From NCBI GenBank assembly GCA_027488905.1, contig JAIYAT010000010.1, positions 213,061 through 277,060 on the forward strand: a stretch of 64,000 nt of DNA, written 5' to 3'. Within the stretch, counting starts at the first letter, position 1; each line of letters begins with the position of its first letter. This DNA comes from Bacteroidota bacterium. GTDB lineage: Bacteria > Bacteroidota > Bacteroidia > UKL13-3. This document shows positions 20,828-30,495 of this stretch, in pieces. Under the pieces are notes generated by a model. The model did not search any database, was not told the DNA's origin, and worked only from the letters and a program-made list of their open reading frames with translations. A program made the position numbers and the translations under genes.

Positions 20828-21697
20828 ATGGCCAATTTAAAAGAAGTAAGGATAAGGATTGCATCGGTAAACTCAACGCAACAAATCACCAAGGCGATGA
20901 AGCTGGTGAGTGCAACCAAGTTGAGACGTGCGCAGAACGCCATTCTGCAAATGAGACCCTATGCACAAAAGCTAAACGGGATTTTGGCAAATCTTTCAGA
21001 CTCAATGGATATTGATTCTTTAAAAGTGTATTTTGACCAACGCCCAATTAACAACGTGCTATTGGTAGTAATTACCTCGGATAGGGGATTGTGCGGTTCG
21101 TTTAATGCCAATGTAATTAAACTAGCCAACAAGCTTATCCGCGAAGATTATGCAGGAAAGAACATTACCATTTTGCCAGTAGGCAGAAAAGGAGCAGATT
21201 TCTTTGCAAAAGCAGAAGGCGTAAAAGTGAATGCTTCTTTTAAAGAAACTTTGCAAAACCTAAATGCCAAAGCAGGTTTTGAAATTGGAGAATACGTTTT
21301 GAACCAATACAGCGCTGGTAAGTTTGACAAGGTAGAAGTGGTATACAATCAGTTTAAGAATGCGGCAACGCAAATTTTAAGCAACGATGCTTTTCTACCT
21401 ATTGCAAAACAAGCTGGCGCACAAGCTTCGAAAACAGATTTTATTTTTGAGCCAGGTAAAGAAGAAATCTTGTTAGAGTTAATTCCAAGAATTTTAAAGA
21501 CCCAGATTTACCGCTCATTGTTAGATTCATTTGCTTCTGAACATGGTGCCCGTATGGTGGCCATGGATAAGGCAACAGACAATGCTGGTGAATTAATTAA
21601 AGCCTTAAAATTAGAATACAACCGTGCCCGTCAGGCAGCCATTACCACAGAGATTTCTGAAATCGTAGGTGGAGCCGCCGCCTTGAGTGGAGCCTAA
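20828..21697 (+). CDS. atpG: F0F1 ATP synthase subunit gamma
   Basis: 289 aa with conserved N- and C-terminal helices (MANLKEVRIRIASV… ITTEISEIVGGAAAL). Confidence 0.9.
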   Translation: MANLKEVRIRIASVNSTQQITKAMKLVSATKLRRAQNAILQMRPYAQKLNGILANLSDSMDIDSLKVYFDQRPINNVLLVVITSDRGLCGSFNANVIKLANKLIREDYAGKNITILPVGRKGADFFAKAEGVKVNASFKETLQNLNAKAGFEIGEYVLNQYSAGKFDKVEVVYNQFKNAATQILSNDAFLPIAKQAGAQASKTDFIFEPGKEEILLELIPRILKTQIYRSLLDSFASEHGARMVAMDKATDNAGELIKALKLEYNRARQAAITTEISEIVGGAAALSGA

Positions 21698-21720
21698 TTA
21701 GGTGTAACATACATTACAAA

Positions 21721-21759
21721 CAGCCGAATCACGAGAAGTGGTTCGGCTGTTTTTGTTTT
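21721..21759 (+). terminator. Rho-independent terminator of the atp operon
   Basis: 12-bp stem cagccgaatcac / gtggttcggctg (one G.U), 5-nt loop, TTTTTGTTTT. Confidence 0.8.
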
Positions 21760-21811
21760 GTAAGTGCCTTTATACTAATTAAAAAGAATAGTTTATTTGA
21801 TTGATTGACTT

Positions 21812-22864
21812 TTAGGCAAAGGCACTAGGAATAGCCTTTTTTATTTGTTTGGATATTTTTTTCTCAATAAACTCATACACTATGACTGATGCGATGATTG
21901 TGACCAAAACTTGAAGTAAAAAAATAAAATATGGTTTGTACGAAAAACTGTAAGGTTGCAGTGCCAAAGGGGTTAAATGAATTATAAAAGGATGAACTAG
22001 ATAAATAGAGTATGAAATATCTCCAAGGTAAACCAAAAACTTATGAGGTTTAGGGACACGTTCTAATTTTTCTAGTTGAATTAAGGAAAAAACCAAAAAG
22101 CCGCAGATAATTAAATCTGAAAGGTAAAATTGAATTAATCCGAAGTAGAAAAGGATAAAAATTAGTAGTGATAATCCTGTAAGAAGGTAGGCAACTTTTT
22201 TATTAAGTTTAATCTTGTCATACATGTTGCCGATAATTACCCCTAATAAAAACTGCAAAAGTAATGGGCTGGAGATTTGATTCAAAAAAAATGAATTGAA
22301 ATATGTAGGATGGTACTTAGTTAAATCAATTTGCAGATTAAAGAAACTAGGTAAAATAAAAACGAGACCTAAAATAGCGCAGTATATAAAGTAAAATCTA
22401 AGTTTTGAGAAGAACAAAGAAAATGCAAAAATTAAATAGAAAAACATCTCGTAATTCAAAGTCCATCCAACATACAATGGTGGGAATTTTGCAATTGGTA
22501 TAAAGGTTAAAATCTTGATTAAACTTATTATCCCAGAAAAATCTAATAAGTATAATTTGAGATTATTTTCAAGGAATATTATCCAAGAAAGAGTTAAAAT
22601 ACAGTAAAGAGGTGCAATTCTTGCCACCCTTTTTATTAAGAAATTTTTGAAGTTAATCAATGGTGATTGATTTGATATTCTTGTAGTTTGAACCATTAGA
22701 AAACCACTTAAAATAAAGAAAATCTGAATTCCCAAAAAACCATTTCTAAATAATAAATCTCCTAAATTGAATGAACCTATGTTAAGTCCTATTCTTGCAT
22801 GAAAGCAGCAGACAAGAATAGCTGCAATACCTCTAAGAACTTGTAAGTATTCAATTTTTTTCAT
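21812..22864 (-). CDS. Acyltransferase family 3 membrane protein
   Basis: 350 aa with ~10 TM helices. N-terminal VLRGIAAILVCCFHA motif of the acyltransferase_3 family. Confidence 0.7.
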   Translation of the reverse strand: MKKIEYLQVLRGIAAILVCCFHARIGLNIGSFNLGDLLFRNGFLGIQIFFILSGFLMVQTTRISNQSPLINFKNFLIKRVARIAPLYCILTLSWIIFLENNLKLYLLDFSGIISLIKILTFIPIAKFPPLYVGWTLNYEMFFYLIFAFSLFFSKLRFYFIYCAILGLVFILPSFFNLQIDLTKYHPTYFNSFFLNQISSPLLLQFLLGVIIGNMYDKIKLNKKVAYLLTGLSLLIFILFYFGLIQFYLSDLIICGFLVFSLIQLEKLERVPKPHKFLVYLGDISYSIYLVHPFIIHLTPLALQPYSFSYKPYFIFLLQVLVTIIASVIVYEFIEKKISKQIKKAIPSAFA

Positions 22865-23118
22865 AGTTTAAAATATTCTTGGAAGTAAAATCACTCAACA
22901 AATATGAAATATTCCTAATTGATAAGAAACATTAGTTATAATAATCAATTTGGAGGTAAATAGGATTATTTAAGTATTGTAAGCCAACCTGAATGCCACA
23001 TAAGATTAAATTCCAAAGTTTATTTCTTGATTTGTGAGTTGTTAAGGGCACTTTTCAAAATAAAATAATGATGAATTAAAATATCACTTATTTTTACGGC
23101 CATAAAATTTTATACAAG

Positions 23119-23553
23119 ATGGCAAAAGCAGAAATACACACCGCCAAAGGCGTTATGACCGTTGAATTCTTTGAGAAAGACGCTCCCAATACCGTTGCAA
23201 ACTTTTTAAAATTAGCCAAAAGTGGCTTTTATGATGGGGTTAGTTTCCATCGTGTAATTCCTGATTTTGTGATCCAAGGTGGAGACCCAACTGGCACTGG
23301 TGCAGGTGGTCCTGGATACAAAATTAATTGCGAATTGGACGGCGAAAACCAATTTCATGACAGAGGCGTTCTTTCTATGGCACATGCTGGAAGAAACACA
23401 GGTGGCTCTCAATTCTTTATTTGCCATAGCCGCAAAAATACTGCTCACCTAGACAGAAACCATACTTGCTTTGGCAAAGTTGTAGATGGTCTTGATGTAA
23501 TTGATGCCATCCGTCAAGGTGATGTGATGACCAAGGTGGTTGTGGTAGAGTAG
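23119..23553 (+). CDS. Peptidyl-prolyl cis-trans isomerase, cyclophilin type
   Basis: [19 protein letters not shown] and SMAHAG…GSQFFI cyclophilin signatures. Confidence 0.9.
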   Translation: MAKAEIHTAKGVMTVEFFEKDAPNTVANFLKLAKSGFYDGVSFHRVIPDFVIQGGDPTGTGAGGPGYKINCELDGENQFHDRGVLSMAHAGRNTGGSQFFICHSRKNTAHLDRNHTCFGKVVDGLDVIDAIRQGDVMTKVVVVE

Positions 23554-23595
23554 TCCATGGTCGATAGACCATAGACCATTGTAATCTACCAGAAG

Positions 23596-24702
23596 CTAAT
23601 TGCCAGCAGCCCTTATTGCAAGCTTAATCATCGTTTTAAACGACATGTCTGGGTGTGCAATTTGGTTGACGGTTCCTACTATAAACATATTTTCTTTTGG
23701 ACTGTAGTACGCCAATGCGCCAGATAATCCTGAGTGCCCAATAAAAACAGGTACTGCGCCAGTGGGGTTAAACATCCAAGGCAACTTAAATAAATGCAAA
23801 CCTACACCCGATTGCATGGGGAAGAAGATTTTGTTCCAAACTTGCATCCAATCTAAATAGGTTTTAGGGAATAATTTTCCTGTAAAATAAGCTTCAATAA
23901 ATACCAACATGTCTTGGTTGGTAGAAACCATGCCTCCGTCTGCGCCAAACGAACACATGGCTTTTGGGATGTTTAGCGGAGCTGCTTCGTAATACAAAGC
24001 TTTGGGTTTACTATCGCTTATGTCTGCATAAAGATAGGTGTTCGTAAGTCCAAGTGGTTTTAGGATGTGCTCTTGGCAATTTTCTAAATATGGTTTTCCA
24101 GAAACTACCTCAATAATTTTTCCCAACATTTGGAAATTTGCATCCGAGTAATGCGCTTTTCCTTTGGTGCCAGGTGCAAATAAGGGTTTCATGTTTTTGG
24201 TTCGAACCAACACCTCTTCAAAAGACCAAAATTGGTCGTTTCCCTCTTTGAGTGCGTCTTCTAAGCTCTTGCCATTTGGCCCCTTGTCTTGAAAATAATC
24301 GGGTAGGCCAGAGGTATGCGCTAAAAGTTGTCTAAGTGTGATGTCGAAAGAATATTCTTTTCCCTTATAAACATGCAAGCCTTTGAGCAAATTGCTATCT
24401 ATATATTTACTAATTTTATCGTCTAAGTCTAAGATTTTTTGTGAATGAAACTTTAGGATAATTGCACTGGTAAACAACTTGGTGGTACTCGCTATAAAAT
24501 AGGCTTGGTTCAAACCGATATTACCCGCTGCGCCTTCCCAAACAAAGCTGTCTTTTTTGATGGCAAAGGTGCTACCCAAGATTTTCTTTTGGTCGACTGT
24601 TTTGTTAAGAATTTGCTGTAGGTCGTTTTTGCAAGTTTCGGTTTGAGCCAAACTAGAAGTGAGTTGCATAAATAAGATTGCTAAAGTGAGAATTGTGCGC
24701 AT
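23596..24702 (-). CDS. Serine hydrolase of the beta-lactamase/PBP family
   Basis: Signal peptide and SxxK motif (ASTTK). Start moved to the internal Met (MRTILTLAILF…); the ORF track extends to 24726. Confidence 0.7.
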   Translation of the reverse strand: MRTILTLAILFMQLTSSLAQTETCKNDLQQILNKTVDQKKILGSTFAIKKDSFVWEGAAGNIGLNQAYFIASTTKLFTSAIILKFHSQKILDLDDKISKYIDSNLLKGLHVYKGKEYSFDITLRQLLAHTSGLPDYFQDKGPNGKSLEDALKEGNDQFWSFEEVLVRTKNMKPLFAPGTKGKAHYSDANFQMLGKIIEVVSGKPYLENCQEHILKPLGLTNTYLYADISDSKPKALYYEAAPLNIPKAMCSFGADGGMVSTNQDMLVFIEAYFTGKLFPKTYLDWMQVWNKIFFPMQSGVGLHLFKLPWMFNPTGAVPVFIGHSGLSGALAYYSPKENMFIVGTVNQIAHPDMSFKTMIKLAIRAAGN

Positions 24703-24771
24703 AATATAAGAATTTCTTGAGGGCAAAGTTCTTACTTAAGACTAGCATTAATTTTACCATTGGGTAAAAAA

Positions 24772-25356
24772 TCATTTAATCACTTTTTTGATTCTGCTTA
24801 AACTTTGAGGTGTGATGCCTAAATAAGAAGCAATATGGTTTTGCGCAATTCTATTTTGAATATTTGGGAACATTTGTAGCATAATTTGGTAACGCTCTTT
24901 AGCCGAAAGTGTAAGCAATTCTATCTGTTGTTGCTGTTTGCCAACAAAAGACATTTCTGCTGCCACCAAGCGAATGATTTTGCCAATAGGCTGCTGCGTG
25001 ATGAGGTCGTAGCTGTTTGTGGTCATTCTAAGCATTTCGGTATTTTCTAGGGCAACCACTTGTAAAGGCGTAACTTGTTTGGTGAGCAAAGACATATAGT
25101 CGGCACAAAATTGTTGATCGAAGGCAAAGTCGAGGCACACAAAATTATTTTCTTTCCAGAGAAAAATTCCCACGCTTCCTTTGAGTATAAAATAGAAATA
25201 GCGTTCCTTAGAATTTTCTGCCTTTATAACTTCATCCTTTTTAAACTGCACCACTTCGCAATGCGAAACAAACTCATCCCAAGTTTCTATTGGTGCGTTA
25301 AAGAAGGTATCAAAGGTGTTTTTGAGAAGTATGGAGTAGGATTCGGGATTTTGCAT
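24772..25356 (-). CDS. Crp/Fnr-family transcriptional regulator
   Basis: N-terminal cNMP-binding beta-roll and a C-terminal HTH (ASYLGITPQSLSRIKK). Confidence 0.75.
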   Translation of the reverse strand: MQNPESYSILLKNTFDTFFNAPIETWDEFVSHCEVVQFKKDEVIKAENSKERYFYFILKGSVGIFLWKENNFVCLDFAFDQQFCADYMSLLTKQVTPLQVVALENTEMLRMTTNSYDLITQQPIGKIIRLVAAEMSFVGKQQQQIELLTLSAKERYQIMLQMFPNIQNRIAQNHIASYLGITPQSLSRIKKVIK

Positions 25357-25413
25357 GTATTATATTTTGGTTGAATTTTATGAACCAAATTAAGACTTTC
25401 AGATGCAGATTCT

Positions 25414-25842
25414 TTAATTACTTTTAACTCTTTCCCAAGATTCTGTTGCATAAAACATTCCCCAATAGCCCCTTAATCTCAAGGTGTTATTTTCAATCCA
25501 AATTTTACCTGTATAAGTTTTACCATCTCTGCTGTCATAAATGCTGCCATTGATAAATTCTTCTCCTTTTTTCTCAAAGCCCCATAATAATACAGAACCT
25601 AATAAGGGTGAATTTCTTTTACTTTCATTTGGATTATTGTCATCTAACCAAGCTTTGCCTGTTTTAGGATTGATAGGTTGTTTTAACCAAACAATTTTAC
25701 CATAATATTTACCTGCGGTATAGAATATTTCAATATGTGCGTCTTTATCGGCGGTTATCCATTTACCTAGAATTTTCTCGGGCGTTTGAGCAGTTAAAAA
25801 GTTTGTGACAAATAATAAAATGATTATAAGTAACTTCTTCAT
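25414..25842 (-). CDS. Secreted DUF2147-like protein
   Basis: Signal peptide plus ILGKWITADKDAHIEIFYTAGKYYGKIVW pattern. Confidence 0.55.
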   Translation of the reverse strand: MKKLLIIILLFVTNFLTAQTPEKILGKWITADKDAHIEIFYTAGKYYGKIVWLKQPINPKTGKAWLDDNNPNESKRNSPLLGSVLLWGFEKKGEEFINGSIYDSRDGKTYTGKIWIENNTLRLRGYWGMFYATESWERVKSN

Positions 25843-25903
25843 TTGAGGTTTTTGATGATTTATTTTTTAGAATGGATGGGCAAATAGGAGAACGCCGACT
25901 ATG

Positions 25904-26482
25904 CTATTTTGTTTTTCGTCCTAAATCTACCATTTTTTCGAGCCAAGATTTTCTAAATGAATCACTAGAATTTCTAAGTGTTGCGATATAAGTTACTTTC
26001 ACTGGGTTGATGCCACAAAACTGTAAGGTTCCTCTTTTGAATTGTTTAATAGCAGGGCTTCCCATAAAGAGATAGTCATACCACCTTGGCGTATCGGCAG
26101 TAATAATTAATTGAGCAGTTTTGCCTGTAAATAATTTTTTAGGCAGGGGCTTTCCTTCTACGTATTCAAATGCAATTCCTGGCAAAAAGGTGCGATCTAT
26201 AAAGCCTTTTAACAAAGCCGGAATACCATACCACCACATAGGAAAGAACCAAACTAAATGTTCTGCTTTTTTAATTTTTTCCAAAGCCATTACTAAATCA
26301 GGTTCTAGCTCAGTTCTTTTTCTGTACCCATATTGTAAAATAGGATTAAAAGTTAGGTCGGTTAAATTGATAACTTCAACTTCCCAAACAGACCTATCTA
26401 AACCCACTTCAAACGATTGAGAAAGCGCATGGTTGAAGCTTTCTTTGTCGGGGTGTGAGTTGATGATAAGAAGATTTTTCAT
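25904..26482 (-). CDS. Flavodoxin-like NAD(P)H (quinone) oxidoreductase
   Basis: N-terminal LIINSHPDKESFNHAL and flavodoxin-fold layout. 4-nt overlap with the upstream membrane-protein gene. Confidence 0.7.
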   Translation of the reverse strand: MKNLLIINSHPDKESFNHALSQSFEVGLDRSVWEVEVINLTDLTFNPILQYGYRKRTELEPDLVMALEKIKKAEHLVWFFPMWWYGIPALLKGFIDRTFLPGIAFEYVEGKPLPKKLFTGKTAQLIITADTPRWYDYLFMGSPAIKQFKRGTLQFCGINPVKVTYIATLRNSSDSFRKSWLEKMVDLGRKTK

Positions 26483-26865
26483 GCTTTTGTTGGTGAAAGT
26501 TTAAAGATAATTAGACTTGCAACAAATGCTTCTAGTAAGCTTAAAGGAATTGCAATAGGTAAAATTTTAAACGGCAAAACATTCAAATTGCCAATGACCA
26601 GCCACATCATCACAAAGCCAATAAACCACGCAAATAGAGCGGTTTGAACCGAGCTAAATTTTCTGCTAAAAATGTAAATTGATACAGCAAAGCAAAGCGA
26701 CCAAATGCCCCAAACTGCACCGTTGATAGATTGTTCTGGAAAGGTTTGCCCAAGGTTTTTGTAGTGTTCTACCCAATGCGAATGCAACAAAAAAGTGTTT
26801 CGCACAAACTCAGAAATGCTAATCCAAAAGGTGGCAAGCAAGATGGCAAGAAATGTGTTTTTCAT
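26479..26865 (-). CDS. Hypothetical 4-TM membrane protein
   Basis: 128 aa hydrophobic protein, co-oriented and overlapping with the oxidoreductase gene. Confidence 0.45.
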   Translation of the reverse strand: MKNTFLAILLATFWISISEFVRNTFLLHSHWVEHYKNLGQTFPEQSINGAVWGIWSLCFAVSIYIFSRKFSSVQTALFAWFIGFVMMWLVIGNLNVLPFKILPIAIPLSLLEAFVASLIIFKLSPTKA

Positions 26866-26923
26866 AGTAGTGTAAAGGTAAAAAAGTTCTCTAGAAATCT
26901 TAGCTTTGCCTTCAAATTAAATT

Positions 26924-26951
26924 GCCAGTGGCCAGAAGCCAGCGGCCAGAA
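26924..26951 (+). repeat. GC-rich 14-bp tandem direct repeat (CCAGYGGCCAGAAG x2) in serS leader
   Basis: ccagtggccagaag immediately followed by ccagcggccagaag, ending 9 nt before the serS ATG. A reverse-complement copy (gctggcttct) lies just after the serS stop at 28231-28245. Confidence 0.5.
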
Positions 26952-26959
26952 GCTACACT

Positions 26960-28228
26960 ATGCTAACACTACAATACTTACGCGAACAAACTGCCGAAGC
27001 AAAAACTAGGATCAATAAGAAAAACCCAAAACATGTTGAAACCATTGATTTGGTTTTGAAATTAGATGAAGAAGGTAGAAAGGCCAAAGCCCTAATGGAG
27101 GCAAACCAAGCCGAAGCCAATGCAATTGCCAAGAAAATTGGCGAACTCATGAAGTCAGGCGACAAGGCTGGTGCCGAAACTTTAAAAGCACAAACTGCCC
27201 AATTAAAGGAAGCTGGAAAGACCTTAGAAGAAAGTTATAAGCAATTAGAAGTTCAACTGAATGAAGCCTTGGTTACTATTCCAAATTTACCACATACTTC
27301 TGTGCCATTGGGTCAAACCCCAGAGGAGAACGAAAATATTTATGAGCATGGCACTATTCCAACATTGCCCGCAGATGCCGTTCCACATTGGGATTTAATT
27401 AAAAAATACGACCTTATAGATTTTGAATTAGGCGCAAAAATTACTGGGGCTGGATTTCCTGTTTACAAAGGCAAGGGTGCGCGCTTGCAGCGCGCCATGA
27501 TTAGCTTTTTCTTAGACGAAGCAATCAAAGCAGGCTATCAAGAAATTATGCCTCCCTTGTTAATCAATGCAGATAGTGGTTTTGGCACCGGACAATTGCC
27601 AGACAAGGAAGGCCAGATGTACCATGCCACGGTGGATGATTTGTATTTAATTCCGACCGCCGAAGTGCCCATTACCAACCTGTATCGCGATGTAATTGTA
27701 AAAGAAGAAGATTTGCCCATTAAGAATGTAGGTTATACGCCTTGTTTTAGAAGAGAAGCAGGCGCTTGGGGCGCACATGTAAGAGGTTTGAACCGATTAC
27801 ATCAGTTTGACAAAGTAGAGATAGTGCAAATTGCCCATCCTGACAAGTCTTATGAGATTTTAGAAGAAATGGTGAAGCATGTGCAAGGCTTGTTAGAGAA
27901 GTTAGAGTTGCCTTATCGTATTCTTAGGTTATGCGGTGGCGACATGAGCTTTTCTTCTGCTTTAACTTATGATTTTGAAACGTATAGTGCTGCACAAGGC
28001 CGTTGGTTAGAAGTTAGTTCAACTTCAAACTTCGAGAACTTTCAGAGCAACCGCATGAAGTGTAGGTTCAAAAATAAAGAGGGTAAAAACCAATTGGTGC
28101 ATACTTTAAATGGCTCGGCCTTGGCATTGCCTAGGATATTGGCTACCATGCTAGAGAACAACCAAACAGCAGATGGAATTAGGATTCCGAAGGCCTTGGT
28201 GCCGTATTGTGGGTTTGAGGTAATTTAG
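26960..28228 (+). CDS. serS: Seryl-tRNA synthetase
   Basis: N-terminal coiled-coil arm and class II motifs (FRREAGAWG…, GSALALPR). Confidence 0.95.
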   Translation: MLTLQYLREQTAEAKTRINKKNPKHVETIDLVLKLDEEGRKAKALMEANQAEANAIAKKIGELMKSGDKAGAETLKAQTAQLKEAGKTLEESYKQLEVQLNEALVTIPNLPHTSVPLGQTPEENENIYEHGTIPTLPADAVPHWDLIKKYDLIDFELGAKITGAGFPVYKGKGARLQRAMISFFLDEAIKAGYQEIMPPLLINADSGFGTGQLPDKEGQMYHATVDDLYLIPTAEVPITNLYRDVIVKEEDLPIKNVGYTPCFRREAGAWGAHVRGLNRLHQFDKVEIVQIAHPDKSYEILEEMVKHVQGLLEKLELPYRILRLCGGDMSFSSALTYDFETYSAAQGRWLEVSSTSNFENFQSNRMKCRFKNKEGKNQLVHTLNGSALALPRILATMLENNQTADGIRIPKALVPYCGFEVI

Positions 28229-28365
28229 CAGCTGGCTTCTAGCACTTTCTCTACCCATCTTGTATTTTTGAATATTTACATTTTAATAGCAGCCATTAAA
28301 ATATATTTTCATTTGTTACAATCAAATTAAAATATAAATTGGCACTGTTAAAAACGTATTAAGAT

Positions 28366-30489
28366 ATGAAGAAATTCCACCTGTTTGCTTTCAGCTTTTT
28401 GTTATGTCAATTTGCTTTTAGTCAAATGCTTAGAAACCCATCTGGAATTTATTTTAACCAAACCACTATTACTGAATTTACGATTACTAATGCGCTAAAA
28501 AATAGTAAACTGCCCAAACCATATACGCAACAAGATTGGGAAAGCAATTTATCATCTGCAGATAGTCACAATATTTACTTAGAAAGTAGAATCTTAGAGC
28601 TTAGGCGGCAGAGAACAGACCTTGCTTTAAAACTTAAAAAAGTGCTCAGCAATCAGGATGTTTCGAGTTTGTTAAAGCTAGCACAGAACAAAAGAGATAG
28701 CCTAAAACTTGTACCTCAAAAAACGCAAGACTCTTTGGCCGAAATTGGTTTAAAAGGCAATTATATCTGTGTCGTTCGCGCGCTTGGTTCAGCCAAAACC
28801 AATACAGATTATTTGCTTAGAACAAATAAAGCAATAGGGAAAATGGCTGTTTCAGATTTAAACAAAGTATTTTTTAATAGTTTTATAGACCAAAAGAAAG
28901 GATTGTTTGATACCACTGCTCTAAAACCTATACTTAAAGGGAAGGCAAACCCTCACGGAAATTCATTTTATTTAAGTTTAACTTCTAATAAAAAATTCTT
29001 TTTGTTAGGGGTGGCCTTGGAGGTTAATCCGCTAAAGTTAGACGCTCAAAAAGAAACTGCTGCTTCGCCAGTTTCTCAAGTAGTGGCTTGCATCAATATG
29101 TTGCAAGACGAAACAAAAATAAAAAGTGATTTGAAGAAGGTTGGGATTAATGAAGCTGATATTACCAAAGTCTTTCAGTCGTATAAACAGTCTCTGTTTG
29201 CAGATCAAATCTCTCAGCATAATTTGAAGAAACTAGAAGCTGCAAAGAAGTTAAATGCAGAAGGGAAAGCCAATTATCTCCGACTTCAAACAGATGTTGC
29301 AGATTTGGAGAGTTCAATGACAAATCATGAAAAGTTGGTAAATGATTTGCTTCAAGCCTTTAACTTACCTATTGCTTCAGGCAATAGCAAGCAAGAAATT
29401 AGGAGTTTGACCCAATTTATGCTTGGCAGAATGAAGCAAATGGAGGATAGCATTTTATATTATGTAAGTGAAAAATTTGAACATCTTGAAAACGAGGTAA
29501 ATCAAACAGGAAGTATTAGTTTAGATATGTCTAGGGTTGCTTTAGGTGGTTTGACCCAATTCAAAGCCCGCAAAAGCGTATTTGGTTACTTGCAGTTTTT
29601 TAAATTCAAAGAGGGTCTGCTGGTAAGCAATGCTGTGGAAAAGGAAGTAAATTTTACCAGAGAAGTTAAGGAGTTTTGGATGATGCCAATTCAGGTTCAA
29701 ACCAATAAGTACAGGGTAGGAATGATTGCTCGTTACAAAATTGTGAAGGGAAATGCCATTCCAGATGAAGATACAACAACCTGTGAAGCTTGCACAGATT
29801 TACAAAGAAGGGTAGCAGAAGAAATTGCTTCAAACATGGTAAGTATTTCTGGTGGGACATTTATGATGGGCTGCAATGCTGGGGATTCTACCTGTCAGAA
29901 AGATGAATATCCCAGCCATTCTGTTACATTAAGTGATTTTAAAATGAGTAAATTTGAGGTAACGCAAAGTCAATGGCTAGTTATTATGAATACTAAGCCT
30001 AGTGATTTCAAGGAATGTCAAGAATGTCCAGTTGAACAAGTAAGCTGGGAAGATGCACAAGCTTTTATAACCAAGTTAAATAAACTAACTGGCAAAGCCT
30101 ATAGGTTGCCAACTGAAGCAGAATGGGAATATGCAGCAAAGGCTAATAAAAATGAACTATATTCAGGTTCAAATAACTTAAAAGAAGTTGCTTGGTTTGG
30201 GGATAATTCGGGCAATGAAACCCATATTGTTGGTCAATTGAGCGCAAATTCATTTGGTCTTTACGACATGAGTGGAAACGTTTGGGAATGGTGCAATGAT
30301 TGGTATGGCCCTTATTCTATCAATGACCAGACTAACCCACAAGGCCCAAGTAATGGGCTGTATCGCGTGATTCGTGGAGGAAGTTGGAACAATAAAGCCA
30401 AGAGTTGTAAAGTATCTGCTCGTTATAACAATACCAGAACCAACAGGTATTTTAACCTTGGTTTCAGATTGGTTCAAACACTAAAATAA
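28366..30489 (+). CDS. Secreted formylglycine-generating-enzyme (SUMF1/EgtB/PvdO) family protein with ~480-aa novel coiled-coil N-terminal domain
   Basis: Signal peptide. C-terminal ~220 aa carry the FGE-sulfatase fold signature (GGTFMMGC…YPSHSVTLSDF…RLPTEAEWEYAA…RGGSW). Confidence 0.75.
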   Translation: MKKFHLFAFSFLLCQFAFSQMLRNPSGIYFNQTTITEFTITNALKNSKLPKPYTQQDWESNLSSADSHNIYLESRILELRRQRTDLALKLKKVLSNQDVSSLLKLAQNKRDSLKLVPQKTQDSLAEIGLKGNYICVVRALGSAKTNTDYLLRTNKAIGKMAVSDLNKVFFNSFIDQKKGLFDTTALKPILKGKANPHGNSFYLSLTSNKKFFLLGVALEVNPLKLDAQKETAASPVSQVVACINMLQDETKIKSDLKKVGINEADITKVFQSYKQSLFADQISQHNLKKLEAAKKLNAEGKANYLRLQTDVADLESSMTNHEKLVNDLLQAFNLPIASGNSKQEIRSLTQFMLGRMKQMEDSILYYVSEKFEHLENEVNQTGSISLDMSRVALGGLTQFKARKSVFGYLQFFKFKEGLLVSNAVEKEVNFTREVKEFWMMPIQVQTNKYRVGMIARYKIVKGNAIPDEDTTTCEACTDLQRRVAEEIASNMVSISGGTFMMGCNAGDSTCQKDEYPSHSVTLSDFKMSKFEVTQSQWLVIMNTKPSDFKECQECPVEQVSWEDAQAFITKLNKLTGKAYRLPTEAEWEYAAKANKNELYSGSNNLKEVAWFGDNSGNETHIVGQLSANSFGLYDMSGNVWEWCNDWYGPYSINDQTNPQGPSNGLYRVIRGGSWNNKAKSCKVSARYNNTRTNRYFNLGFRLVQTLK

Positions 30490-30495
30490 AAAAGG

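Noticed and set aside
21761-21825. Inverted repeat GTGCCTTT…AAAGGCAC after the atp terminator
   Set aside because: 45-nt loop and overlap with the acyltransferase gene start make a functional hairpin unlikely. The strong terminator at 21721-21759 already explains operon termination.
26866-26959. T-box or riboswitch leader upstream of serS (and ileS)
   Set aside because: Bacteroidota generally lack T-box control of aaRS genes. The leaders are too short (94 nt) and show no specifier/antiterminator architecture, only the GC-rich tandem repeat.
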